Assembly (NCBI GenBank): GCA_036172245.1
Contig: JAYWIR010000001.1
Location: 9,424,001-9,488,000 of the forward strand
Direction of reading: 5' to 3'
Length of the DNA stretch: 64,000 bases
DNA from: Raillietiella orientalis
Lineage: Eukaryota
Numbering within the stretch: the first letter of the stretch is position 1; every line of letters begins with the position of its first letter. This document shows positions 1-12,661 of the stretch, piece after piece. Below the pieces are notes generated by a model, which saw only the letters and a list, made by a program, of their open reading frames with translations, did no database searches and was not told where the DNA came from. Made by a program: the position numbers and the translations under genes.

Positions 1-1761
1 ATGGAGGGTGGATGGCAACGGAGAACTCACCTCCCTCCTGTCATCATCAACCGCGAGAGACGGCCGCAGCAAGATAACGGAGGAGCATACATGCATCTCC
101 GACGAAATGCAAAGGGCCCGCGGGAATTCTCGTCGAGTCCTTTTCCTCTACTTCTCCACACAGATAGTACTATTTTTCCATTTTGGGTGTGCGTGCGTCG
201 GTTCCACCGCAAGCTCGAGAAGCAGTGGAATCCTCCAGAGACTCACCGTTTCGAGCAGATCCGGATAGCCAAGAGCGAATCCTCGTGGCACTGTCTCCAG
301 CAGCATCTTTTTTGTAATTTTTCATTAAGTGCCTCGAGTAAACCGAGTGAAAGCACGCGTGGTCCAGGTTTAATGAAACTTCTCGTTTTGCCCCCCCCCC
401 CCCATAGGCTGTTGGAGATTTGTACTTTTTTAAAAAAATAAATAAATAAAAAACAACAACGGGTAGGGTACCAATACAGATTATTGGAAATGATTCGTGT
501 TAAATGAAATTAAGATTCTTGAAACGGGAATAATCCTGGAAGTCGATCCTGAGACATTGTTCAGCGTATGCATTTCTTGCTTTTCGACAAAATCCTGCCA
601 CGGAGTTTCTTTCGTCTTCCAAGGCTCATTGCTGTTAAACAAGTCTTTCTCCATTCTGCATGTCTTCCTGACAGCCACGAAGAGTTCGGGTCGATCCTTT
701 CTGAAAGCAAAAGTTCATTCGTTGGCGCTGGCAAAGGGAACTTTTGCTTGCAGATAGGAATGTTCTGCCACGTGATGCTGAATTATGAAACGAACTCGTC
801 GACCAGATGCCTTATCTCCTGAATTTTATCAAGCCGCGTGGTCTTTCAAAGATGATATCTACACCGCGACAACCAGTAACCAACTTCCAACGGTTTGTAG
901 CGAGGTTCTTCCACCATATTCTCCCTTTCCTGATGCTGCTTGGGGAGGCGCGAGGACCCGGACGGTTTCCTTTCCTCTTCCCTCCCCCCCTCCCCCAAGA
1001 GTTGTCGAAAGCCGCGATGCATCCCGATGTGGTTTTTTCTTTTCCTTCCCTGCGCGGCTTTCCGGAAAGCAAGTTGTTGCAGAGTGGATGCTGGCCGTGC
1101 TTTCCGTTCCCGAACCGGTTCCTCCTTGCACCACGCGAGGCTGCCACCACCGCTGGTGGTCTTCCCCACCTACAAGCATGCGTGGAAAGCAAAGGCCTTC
1201 CACAGCCGTGCTCGGGGGCATCGTGAAAGGGGTCGAAGGCCCCGCTCGTTTCCCACTTTCGCGTGAAGCCCAAACGTCAGTAGTGCAACCGTTGCTTTCG
1301 TCTTTCCACCCGAGGGAGCCGAGCATATGGGACGGGGGCACCGGGGGGTCCCGTGGAGATTCGTGATCCTTGTCTTCCCCAGGGATGCCCTCCGTGATGG
1401 ATTCAAACTCCGGCCCACGGCCGTGACGGGAGCTGCCCGAGCGTCGCGCGCCCAGTCGGATTTGCAGTGTGCAGTGGCCCAGGGTGTGCTGTCAAAAGGG
1501 AAAACGAAAAAATTCCAAGAGCCCCGTCTCCCTCCGCAAGAAAAACTTCAGATTCAGTAGAAACAGTTGAATTTCGAGTATGCTTTGAGTACTTATTGGA
1601 AGTATTTTCGCTAAAACTCTTGTCCTAAGGGCGTTGAAAGCAGTCTGTATTGTGTTGAGGTTTCCCAATAGTTAATCTGCATTTGGCTGGGATCGGTCAA
1701 GCACATATCAATACATTCCTTATGATTTGCAGCCCCCATCACGGGAAATAATTGAGTAAAG

Positions 1762-2978
1762 ATGGCTTCTACCAGGACATACTCTAGTCTTGGAATAGTT
1801 ACAGGAGTTTTTCTTTTGATAGGTATGGTTCACAGTTTGGGGAAATAAAAATGTGTGCGTTGGGATGAATTTCATAGCATTCATTTAAAGGAAATGGTTT
1901 TGTTCACCATTTAATAAACCATTAGTACAGTAAACTAGCCGTACACATGTGTTTTCCAATATTACACCAAATGTAATGTGGTGTAATGTTATGCTGTGGT
2001 ATGGCAGGTTGCCTATCGTGTTATTGGATGCTAATTTATTGTTTGCTTCTTAGGTCTTTATTATTGCCTAACAGGACAGGGTGAAAGGATAGATTTTGGG
2101 TGGTAAGTATCCCCTTATCCTTGTAAAAAGCCATTCGATAAAAGAGTTGATTGATACTTAGGTATAAGATTAGGAATGAATTGCATTATCTTCCCCAAAA
2201 TAATTTAGGGCACCTAAAATAATAATAAGGTACTCGTTATGTTTAATACATCTCTTTTTGAATTTAGGTACCTAGAAGAAACATCACCTTTTATGTGGGC
2301 CAATGTTGGTATCAGTTTAGCCGTTTCATTATCTGTTATTGGAGCAGCATTGTATGATTGTGTAGCATTATATACAAAAGAATCTAAATTAAATATTTAT
2401 TTCAGGGGGATCTTTACAACTGGAGTTAGCATTGTTGGTGCTGGTGTAAGAGCCCCAAGAATTAAAACGAAAAATCTGATTTCTGTGATTTTCTGTGAGG
2501 CTGTTGCAATCTATGGACTTATTATTGCTATTGTAGTGTCTGGTTTGATTGAGGTAATTTCATGAGCTGTGTGAATTAATTATATAATTTTTTGATTCCA
2601 GGATTTTAATTTGGAAATGATTGAAACGCATCCTGTTTTAAAAGCCAGAAATTGGCTGGCTGGTTATTCTATCTTTGGTGCAGGACTCACAGTAGGTTTA
2701 GGAAATCTCTTTTGTGGTATCTGTGTAGGAGTTGTAGGTATGTTTTTCATGTTACTTTTGCATGCTTATTGCTGGACTTTTATAGGATCTGGGGCAGCTC
2801 TAGCTGATGCAGCAAATGCATCTCTTTTTGTTAAGATTCTTATTGTGGAAATATTTGGTAGTGCTATTGGGTTGTTTGGTTTAATTGTAGCTATTCTTAT
2901 GGTAAGTAGAACATTTTATGTAAAATAGTACCCCTGTTGTAGACATCCAAAGTGAAAATGGTCTCCAAAGTAACCTGA
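1762..2978 (+). CDS. ATP6V0B: V-type proton ATPase 21 kDa proteolipid subunit c'' (7 exons, ~209 aa)
   Basis: Exons 1762-1822, 2054-2102, 2268-2351, 2406-2553, 2602-2737, 2786-2901, 2943-2978, all GT-AG and in phase. Translation [11 protein letters not shown]...[35 protein letters not shown]...[24 protein letters not shown]...[45 protein letters not shown] matches the VMA16/ATP6V0B/VhaPPA1 family. Confidence 0.96.
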
Positions 2979-4434
2979 TGATGTTTCCTGAAAACTCATA
3001 ACTTCCAGAGTTTATCTAGTCATGCCCATCTATACTAGTATCATGTTTGTAGCAATAGAATTCTGGGTGTAGATTCATACTCTGTTTCAGAAATTTTCAT
3101 TTTTACATTTGTATAATGGGTTGAGTTTTCAGCTTAATTGTGAAGTTAAAATGTACTCATCACTGATATTCTTCATAAGTATAATGTTTGTGGGTTGCAT
3201 GTAAAGTGTACATTCTGTATGTTATTTGCAGCAGTAATAATTAAAAGCAACTAAGCCCTGGATGAGTTTGTTTTCATGTTTCATGATTCAACTGTTTCTA
3301 CTTTCACATCTTTCATATAAAGCATGTAAATCGTTGAATGGGTTTAATTTGAAAAAATCTTTGTCTACAAACAGTTATGGTTCTCCATATTCTGTTTCTT
3401 TCACAGTCCGGTTTCTGAATACCTTTTGACTTCTATTAAAATTGCAACTTCAGTTCCTTTCAACCATATGGGAAAATATTGGTGATAAGTCTGTGACATA
3501 ATGCATGTACACCCTTAAGTAATTTCATCATAGTTAACTACGTAAGTAATTCAAGTTTTAGTCTCAGTTTAAGTTTAGTGTGAAACCTGGATTCTGGTGA
3601 CTGTCAAGTATTGTTTCCACAGACAGTGCATGCAAAAACAATTTGGCTCCTTGGATATGTGTTTGTATGTGTATATTCATATAAGCAACCCATATACAAG
3701 TGAACCCATCGCAGTTTTTGTTAAACTGTGATTGTGATGCTACTCCGGGTGTGCATCTCTGCATGCACCATGGGAGTAATCCTCTTGTTCGAGTGACATC
3801 GTAAGATAGGAGAGGGAGAAAAAACAACGAGCAATGGATACGTGAGGGGAGGGGGAGATGAGGAAAGCAAGAGGCATCAACATTGAAAAGAATTTGAAAT
3901 TCGAAACCAAATATGATCGCTAATCCATCGCTCTCATTGTCGCGCACAAATCTATGCGACACTGCGCGGCCTCAGAAGCTTTAGATCGAAACTGGAGAAC
4001 AGAAGACTTTCAACGGCTTCGCGCAGTCTAGCATCGCAATCAGAAGAACATGGGGGAACACACTCCTTTCGAAACTCTCATCCCGAAGAAATACAAAACA
4101 CCTTAGGTGAGGCTGGGATCACTGCTGTGGTATTTTGCGCATCCATAGTCATGAATTTTGTTTGAGATTAGGTCGTCCATAGCACCCCAGCAGTAGCTTG
4201 CAATTCTCATTCTAGATCCTTTGATTACCAATCGATATCTAGTCCACAGCCACTGAAGACTCGATTTCTGTACTTCAGCAGGGAGCTACCTGCAACCTCT
4301 ATAGTCTTAATGCATTGGCGTCATTTCTTGAAGGAACCGAACAGCTGCTCTGATAGAAACTTGAAAATCTTTCGGTATCATGCTTCTGATTTTCGAGCAC
4401 ATTCAGGTACACGTGTTCGCCTTCCCAGAACCGG

Positions 4435-6190
4435 TTTTATTTCAAATATTTCATTACAAACATATAAAAACATTAACTGAATGACTTTGCCGTATCTCTG
4501 TTTCCTTGGCTAAAGACTGTTCAATCATCATGAGTCCGATGAGAGGCTCTCTTCTGCAGCTATTGTTCCCTTACGCAGGTTAATAGCGTCATTTGAAGGA
4601 TGTCATAGACGGTGCGTCCAGTAAATATCTCCACTTTACTGGATGTATGAGGCCGCGATCAAGTGCCTCATTATATCTGCATACTGCCTCGGGATGCCTA
4701 ACTCCCGAATGACTGCATCGTTCCGAAGGCCCCGCGATCCTAGTGCACCTATGTTCCATGCACGTACTTCAGCATGAAGTCTTTTTTTCGTGAACGGCAA
4801 GACGATCTCCTGGTACTTTTTTTTTTCCACTCTGGTGAGGCTCTTCCGTGTTATCAGATGGACAGGAGACTTCAAGGATAACCGTCTCCTTTTGCAATAC
4901 CAGATCCAGCTGGTCTTCGAGCAGCACCCAGGCACAGTTCTCCGACACCAGTTTCCATCCTGCGATATCCTTCGCCGCTACCGTCAACCTTTCGACGATG
5001 GCATCATGTGTATAGGAGAGAATGCCGCCTGCAGTGATTCGAAATGCGAGGCAGGGTCTCATCCCAAGCTACACAACATCGACATGATTTTTCTCCTTGG
5101 GGTTTCCTTGACACGCCCCGAAGCGGAAGCAGGTTCAGTTTTGCCACATGGATGAACCGGAAGACGGCGAACCAGTTGTTAGAAAGTAACTGGATTAACG
5201 ATGTAGTCCTGTGCATCGCATGACCTTTTCTCGATCTGGATGTTTGTCGATCAGTTTCAGCTGTTCGCCTTCTCTTTGTGCTTTACGCACCGCTGAAGTA
5301 AACTTCTTCCTCATTGCTGCATCAAATGACAAGTCTCCAACTTGAATTCTGGCTCCTCCATCTTCGAAGCTCCAAGTTGCCGACATACGATGGGAGGCTT
5401 GTCTTCCTGTGGTCCACATATTCTTTATATTTCCACTAACCCGAGAGAATTTTCCTCCAGTGTCTCCAGAGAGGAATCTTCCAAGGTCATCATCCGAAGG
5501 TGATTGCAATATCTTCTCAAGTACCACTTCTCGGAGTGACTGTGTCGCAAGATCCTTGGCGGCGACATCGGTAGATGTCCGAAGCTTGAAGCAGTTATCA
5601 GTGATGAAGGTGGCTGCTTCATCTGACAGCCCCAGAAATTGCTTCTTCTGATCCCCTTAGGGATACTGGTTGGCAGCTCTTTCAGGTAGATGCAACACGG
5701 TCCTCACCATCCTTTTAATATCCCAGCCCACGACCTTCCAATCGCCTTTTGGATGCGTTCCTAGCCTCTGAAAATGCACGAAGCTAGGGAAAACTTTCAA
5801 TGAAAGCTTTCATACACAAAGTTAGCGATCATCATTGTAGTTTCCAAGTGCACATCAGAAGTGAGAGGCTGATGCTAGGCGTAAGCAGCCTGCTTCACTG
5901 ACTGTTCGTGTCTCTTGGTTACCATTATTCATCTTGAGGACCTTAGATACCATTATTCATCTTGAGGACCTTAGATTTCCAACCCTTTTGATCTGGGATA
6001 CAGGAAAGCCAGTTCCACATTGGTTCGACTTGCCTGGGTGCACCTCCAGCTCTCTTTCGCTTCCATCTATGACTAACAGTGCTTCAATGTCACACTCAGT
6101 TTCTCATCTAGTAACCCAATCACGAAATCTGAGGTGGGATTCAGAGATGCCAAGTTTCCCTCGGCCGGTAGAAAATCTGGACAAGAAATC
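4435..6190 (-). mobile_element. Degenerate NeSL/Utopia-like (restriction-like endonuclease) non-LTR retrotransposon, 3' part
   Basis: Minus-strand fragments FRFIHVAKLNLLPLRG..CRCC..ETLPRISNHC (CCHC knuckle), HDAIVERL, DLVL..ILEVSCPSDN (PD..D nuclease core), KKKY, IGALGS..NDAVIRELGIPRQY are the typical C-terminus of this clade. AATAAA on the minus strand at 4436-4441. Many stops and frameshifts. Confidence 0.8.
5920..5975. repeat. Perfect 28-bp tandem duplication
   Basis: TACCATTATTCATCTTGAGGACCTTAGA at 5920-5947 and again at 5948-5975. Confidence 0.95.
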
Positions 6191-7122
6191 GGTATATTGT
6201 TTTTGGAGTGAATATCGTTAATAGGGCATCGCGACAAATTGGTTGCAGTCTCCGGGAAGCATGCACAGCTCGACCGCTTTTCTGTTCCTGTTCTGAAAAA
6301 ATGGAGATGACCAGCTAGGAAGTCTCCATCTGACCGACGAACATGAGAATACATCAAATAAGTCATCATAGATGGTTTCACAGGTCGCAAGCGGTTGATT
6401 ATTTAAAAAACAATTGGCATCCCGACGCCCGGAAGTGTCAAAAAGGGAACGCTAAATGTAGGCTTTCGAAAATGACAGAAAATTGCAAATGTGTTAAACT
6501 TCAAAGAGAACCCTCACGCAGTGGGAACTGAATTTGTGTGTGAGGTAGTTTCGAATTTGCTGGACAAATGTGGTCGAAGGAATTCACAAATTCGTCCAGC
6601 AAATTCGAAATCTTCTCCCCAATTCTTTTTGCCGCCATGAGACCTTTGTATTCTTGCGCGGTTCTATTTCCAGATTCGGACTTTGGTTCCTTTCGGTGAC
6701 TGCGCTGACGTTCAAGAAATTCTTCTTCCATTATACTTTCCGTGGTTTTAGTCCTTGTGGTTGGCGCGTGTAACGATTATGGAGAAGGACCTCGAGAAAT
6801 CCTTACAGTGCTTCGACTGGGACTGTCAACCCGAATCGTTGACAGATGTGATCTCCCGATTCGACTCGCTGTATGAGTCGTGCAAAAGTGAATCCGAGAA
6901 GATCGGCCTCATCAATGCATTCCTGCATCTGACAGCAACGTTCGATCTCGAGCACGAAGGTTCCGTGGACGAGGGCGAAGAGGATGGTGGGAAGTCTCCG
7001 GAGACGACAGGGCACAAGGAAATGCTGAAAAAAGTATTGAGCTGTAAGTGTGTGACAACAAATCCAGTGATTTTCTTCATCGTCCCTTTTATTTGCCATT
7101 GCCCGTAGAACCCCGGTATTAG

Positions 7123-7413
7123 GTGTCCAGTTGTTTGACGCTGGGGTTAGCCCCAGTACGTATTACTTGTGTGGGTGTTCCAGATGTCTGGCGAAAGAAA
7201 GTGGACGTCGGCATAATTGCCTTAAGTTTTTGCGCACCCATCAGCCTGCAAGCCATCGGATTCACGTCGACCGGACAAATCGCGCGCCATGGCTTAATCA
7301 GTGCTCTTCAAAGAGTGGCTGCAACCGGCATTGGCTTCCGGGCAAGGACCATGGTGGCCTGCGCTGCCCTGAGCGCTTACAAGTTACTCGGTCAAATAAC
7401 ACATGTGCACTAA
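7123..7413 (+). other. ISG12/IFI27 (Ifi-6-16)-like hydrophobic motif in a short reading frame; coding status uncertain
   Basis: APISLQAIGFTSTG-QIARHGLISALQRVAATGIG resembles the ISG12 motif (AP..L.A.GFT..G ... V..G.L.A.LQS.GA.G) with the middle part missing. No clear ATG. Confidence 0.4.
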
Positions 7414-7769
7414 GACACTGCTACCCCTGACTGCAAAGAATCTCGATGGAGAAACAGGATTCTTTATTTACTTGGGAAAGCTGGGAAATTTTCCCATTCA
7501 TGATCGTTGAGTGTGTCCTTTTGTCATTTGGTATCCCGTTTGAAGTAAATGGGAATTGGAGGAATCGGATGTTTTTTTCATTGCAGTGGTTCTATAGAGA
7601 GCTCTTTGTTCAGTTCACCTTAGAATCAGAAGCGGCTGGAATATACTATTGGATCGACACGGTCACAAAGTGCTTTCTGTCGAACTTGAGAAATAGCGAA
7701 GCCCAGTGGAGTGTAAACGATCTGAGGTTTGTGAAGGGACCTGGAAGAGGGACTCTTAGTCTTCCTGAT

Positions 7770-9110
7770 TAGTGATGGGACGGATATACATTGAGGTGTT
7801 TTCAGCAAAGGAGACCGAAAGCTCTCTGTTGAAACTTACTTTCTTCCACCCAGCTTTTCTCTTCGGAAGGAAGCAAATAAAAAAGCACGCTCGTGTGCCC
7901 CACGTTCATTCGTGAGCATTTGCCCTGGATGTTGCCACCTGGATTTTTCTGGATCTCATCTTCTAATCGAGTTGCGTATTCTGTAATTTGATCCTTTATA
8001 AGGCCTAAGCTGTCCTAGGTGAAAGCCCTCTTAATCATCTTACAGTTCCTGCAGATGCGTTTCAGGTTTCCCTAGCCTTGCCTTCTCTCTGCATCGTGGG
8101 GGACCTTGAATTGGCGTGTCTGAACGAAAATTAATGGGTAACCTTTACTTACATCACTTCCTGAGGATAGTGGATGCAGATTCCACTCCCGCAGCGTCGA
8201 TGCAACACGAAGCTTCTTGAAGTCCGTGCATAAAGAAAAAAGGAAGGCGAATGGAAATCTCTCCAAATGTTTCCTCAGGTTCGAAAAAAAGCGAACACAG
8301 ACCCATTTTTCGACAGCCGACCCTGTAGCAATATCTTTTGCTGAAGTGACTTCGACCCGAGTTCCTGGGTCAGAAGACGTGTAAGAGATCTTTCCAGTTA
8401 TGAGACACCGAGGCGTCTTTAAGCAGGTCGATACATCCATCAGAAGGACTCGCGAAACTTGTCCGAGCTTCCTAAAGGTAGGACAGAAAGCGGTAGTGTG
8501 TTCGATCCTGCTTGCGCTTCTTCCTCTTGCATATCTTTCGAAGCAAAGGGGAGAAAATCGTATTCAAGAGCTGGAAACCATCACTTCGAGCTTCTTCATT
8601 TCCTCAGCTGTGTGACTCCATAACATTCTTGTGCCGCAGAGGTGGAATTTGCAATGCCGCCCAGACTTCGACATCAGCGTTGCAACCGTGTACATCCAGA
8701 TGAAAGTCCATGTTCCATGTCCTCCCTCCCCCCCTTCCCTTCAAAAAAAAGACCATTTTCTCCCATTTGTTGACTATCAGAAGAACTTGTTCTTCAGTAA
8801 GCAGATTTTGCAACAGAAAGAGGTTCTGTTTTCGGAGTGAATGTGTGACACTTGAAGCTTTATAGGGAACTGTAGAACAATTTCGCTCGGAGGATTTGCA
8901 GAAAATCCTCTCATGCTTTCAATCACGTAATCTGAATTCATCTTAGATTTCCTAATCAGTTGTGTCTCGGCGAATGTAAATGAGACGCAACACCTCCAGC
9001 TGCGACACCTGGTCCGGTCGGCATTCGGTTTACATCAAAATCCCTCAGGATGTCCGTACTTGCAGTGTACGCTAATTTTAGGATCGGTGGAACTTCAGGA
9101 TCAATTCCGT
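7770..9110 (-). mobile_element. Probable upstream part of the same NeSL/Utopia-like element (pre-RT region), heavily decayed
   Basis: Same strand and collinear with 4435-6190. Decayed KSPGPDG-like segment (QKNPGGNI, ~7930-7955) and an LQ.LY-like segment (~8040-8065). Boundaries approximate. Confidence 0.45.
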
Positions 9111-11499
9111 CCTAAGAGAACCATACACAAAGATTGGTAAAAAAGTATTTGTTTCCAGTGGCTTCATGCTCAATTGCTTAAGATAGAAGAAGGTCAAAGA
9201 GGTTCTTTGCGTTTTAAATGCATAGAACTGTATTTCAGCTTTTGTGATCTTAACTTTTCTTGCTCAAGGAAATCTGAAAATGGCTCCCATTTCCTTAGAT
9301 CATCCTGCTGTCTCCTACTTTTTCGTGTTCTGCGGGCACAATAACAGGATCAGATAGATGCACGACCTTTGTGTTTGGTTTTTATTCATATCGAATTCTG
9401 ATTTGTTAATTTGTGGCTTCATGTTTTTTTGTTTTCTTTAACATGCCAAATCGAAATGAAACTTGAGGTTTCCAAGATGAAAATTTTCAGCCTCCTTGGA
9501 ATATCTTATAGAAAAGAGACTCCATCCGAAAAATTGTTTAAAAACCAATGTGGTAGAAAAATCTTAGTTTGCATTTCTATTTTTATTAACTATCTACAAA
9601 AATACATCATGAAAAAAAATACAAAAAAAAAACAGAGAGTGAATGCGTGAAGTATAGCATAATCGTAGATGAATACAAACAAAAGCAGACAGCTAAAGGA
9701 GCTCTCGATAGAAGAAAACACATCAAACCAAATGCGGTTTAGTGTATTCGTGTAAATTTAAAACAAAAATACAGAATGACAAGTGATCTAAAAATTCCTG
9801 AAAAAACATTTCATCTTTCCATTGAAGGATGTACAAACTATTAATCGAAACTGCTTCTCGCCTTTGTGGGTCTCTTCGATTAGAGAAAGAAAAAAAAAAT
9901 GGATATAAGAAAAATGAGCCAAAGCCGAAACTTTCGAATAAATGGTGTTACTCTTTTGCTTTTAGGATTTAGTTCTGATAGGCTCCATTGTAATGCTGAA
10001 TATAAATGACGGTGATTAATCTAGAGGAAATTTGATGTCACACAGACGTTACAAACTGGATGATTCGACCCATTTATTAAGATGAAGTTTTGTTTCATTT
10101 GATGGAATCAACTCGCCGCAACTCTTTTAGTCTGCCGAGTACCATAATTCACTCCTACATAGGATGCAGACTGTTATGGGAAACCTCTCTTCTTTACAAA
10201 CAATTTTACATTAAAAAAAAAGATTCGAAGCAGAAGAGCTACTAAAGAGTCAAGTATTTAGAAGGCACTCGTTAAAGGAAAGGTTTCTGCCTCTTCGCTT
10301 TTATGAAATAAGCAGATTGAAAAAGGAAATGAAATATAGCTAATTCAGCATTTTTCTTGAAAATAACTAGCCAGCATAAAAGATCATTCCAGTCTATGAC
10401 AAGCTTTTTATGTTTTATTAAGTGTAAATAGAACATCGAGTATATTGAGGATTTCTGCGTTGTAAACTGAATTCAATGATAAAATATTCAATAAAAGTAT
10501 CAAAAGACATTCTAAAACAAATTTCCTGGGTAACTCTATCATTAAAAAAAAGGAAAACAAAAAAAGTGGAACTGCTTCAAATTCATAGGTAAATTTATAT
10601 ATGTGCGTATGTGTACGCGTGCGCAAGTGCTGTTCATTAATAAAATGAAGCACTGAATGAAAGAAAATGAAATTTCTTTATTTTTAGTATGGAAATTACC
10701 GTAGTTTTTTATGGATAATTTTATGAATTAATTTTACTTATTAACTTTCTTACTGCGGAAAGGTGTTGGGAATAGATGCAGTGTGGAAAGGATCTGAATT
10801 GGACGTATAGCAACATTAAGTACATATTTGGAGTTAACATTTATTTTAAATTCTATACGTATATGAAATTATTCTTTATTGGAATCAACATTTCATAATA
10901 AAAGGTTTTCACAGCAGTGTTTACTTTTTGCAGTAAAATTTTTGCGGAACTCAGAACAAATACAGGTACAAAGTTGGATGTTTCATAATAGTAGATTTAG
11001 TGGATTTATTGAAGTAAACAACAACAAAAATAGTATGGGATGTTTTTTCTCTAAAAATCGTTCTGAAGAGAATTCAGTAGACACAACAACAAAGTATTCG
11101 TGGTAGGATTCCAAATCGAATTTGCGCACAGAAATTATGCATGCTGCCTTACACAAGTAAAGCACATATTGGTAAATAAACTACAACACATAAGTGCAGT
11201 GCAATAATTCGAGTAAAGTTTGTATCAGTTTGCCAGAACTTTAAGCCTACTTGCAATCTTTTCGTATGAAAATTGCAGCAATTAGCACCTGCCTCTTTGT
11301 GTTAACAGGTGCTTGTATACACGTAATTCATCTCTGGCCATCTTGCACTAACGTTCCTTATTATTTGGACACATGCTTGAGGCACCGCACAACCTCGCCA
11401 GCAAGCAAAAAAAAATCCCATCCCAATAAAGTTCTCTCCCACCCCCTTTTTTTTTTTTTTGCAGGGATTCACGCAAATCTGTTGACCTGTCCAAGTATA

Positions 11500-12650
11500 G
11501 ATGCGAAAATCTGAGCGGTAGATGTATTATCAAGTTAGCTGGATCAGTCAAAAATGAACACTTCACTATTGAGAACTGCATTAACTGCCACATTTTTATT
11601 TTGGACCAAGTCAACTGCTTGACTGTTGAGGGATGTAAGGGGAGCTTACTCTGTGTGGGGCCTGTAAGAGGAAGGTACTGACAAAACAAAGTAAAAATAC
11701 TCATGGTGTCAAAGCGTGTTTCTCCGAGAGTGTGAGGATTGCAGCTGTTTTGTATCATGTGGCCAGTTTCGTGCTCGAAACTGTGAAAAGATGAACTTGT
11801 GGCTCTATTGCCATACACAACCTACATTAGAATGTTGCACATCCTGCCAAGTTGATTGTTTACAGATGTATTACAACCAGTTACCAGGTTTGTTTTTCTT
11901 GAATACTCATAATTCTCTTGCAGAGCAACTGCAGCAGTCTGGATTACACATATTCAGCAATAACTGGAATAATGTGCATGATTTTACACCTGGAAAAGGA
12001 GGAAATTGGAGAAGAATGCCTAAAAGTCAGCCAAGGCCCAAGTTGCCACAACATCCAGAATTAGACAGGTACACCAAACTGACAGTATGCTGACTCCTAT
12101 TTTCAGAATCAACTTCACATGGGATCAAAATAAGAGTGCTATACCATACACCCATGGTATAGAGACAGCTACTCATGAAGAAATGGCAGTCATATTAGTG
12201 TTTTATCATGAGCAGCAGCTGAGAAGAGCATGGAAGATTGTTCACAAATTACAGGTAAACAAGGTTTCCATTTCTCTCTCATGAAGAAAAGTGGTTAGAC
12301 TGTCTGCAGACTCTTAGCTACACAGACCGCCCAGCTCAGCATCATTCAAGCACAGAACTTGTTGCAGTGCAACACATATGACTTGGTTATCACAAGTGGC
12401 CCTCTTGTTGGTTTGTTGTATCAAGGGCAAAACTGTGTTCACAAAAGCAGACAAGTAGGTATCATTTGCATGTTAAAAACTCAGCACAAAGCAATTCAGA
12501 TCGTATCTGAATTATTCCTCATGGAACCAGGATCTCGAGATGTGATCTATGTAAATGGTCCTCCACACCATCAAATTGTCAGTATTCTATTCACCAAGTG
12601 CAGTGATTTTTGGTTACAAGAAAGCCAATAATGATAAGGATATTCACTTG
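11500..12650 (+). mobile_element. Degenerate Helitron Rep/helicase remnant
   Basis: Collinear decayed motifs: LECCTS..MYY (HINVE.C..KY-like), NWRR..PKLPQHP, YTKLT, FTWDQNK, EEKWLDCLQTLSYTDRPAQ (D.EW..CL.EA....P.QLR-like), VIYVNGP. Lies just downstream of the PRP38A stop codon. Confidence 0.5.
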
Positions 12651-12661
12651 GTGTGAAAGTT

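Noticed and set aside
481-900. Possible gene from short ORFs (RPDALSPEFYQAAW; DLFNSNEPW)
   Set aside because: They resemble tiny, oppositely oriented scraps of LINE RT and endonuclease, too decayed to annotate with confidence.
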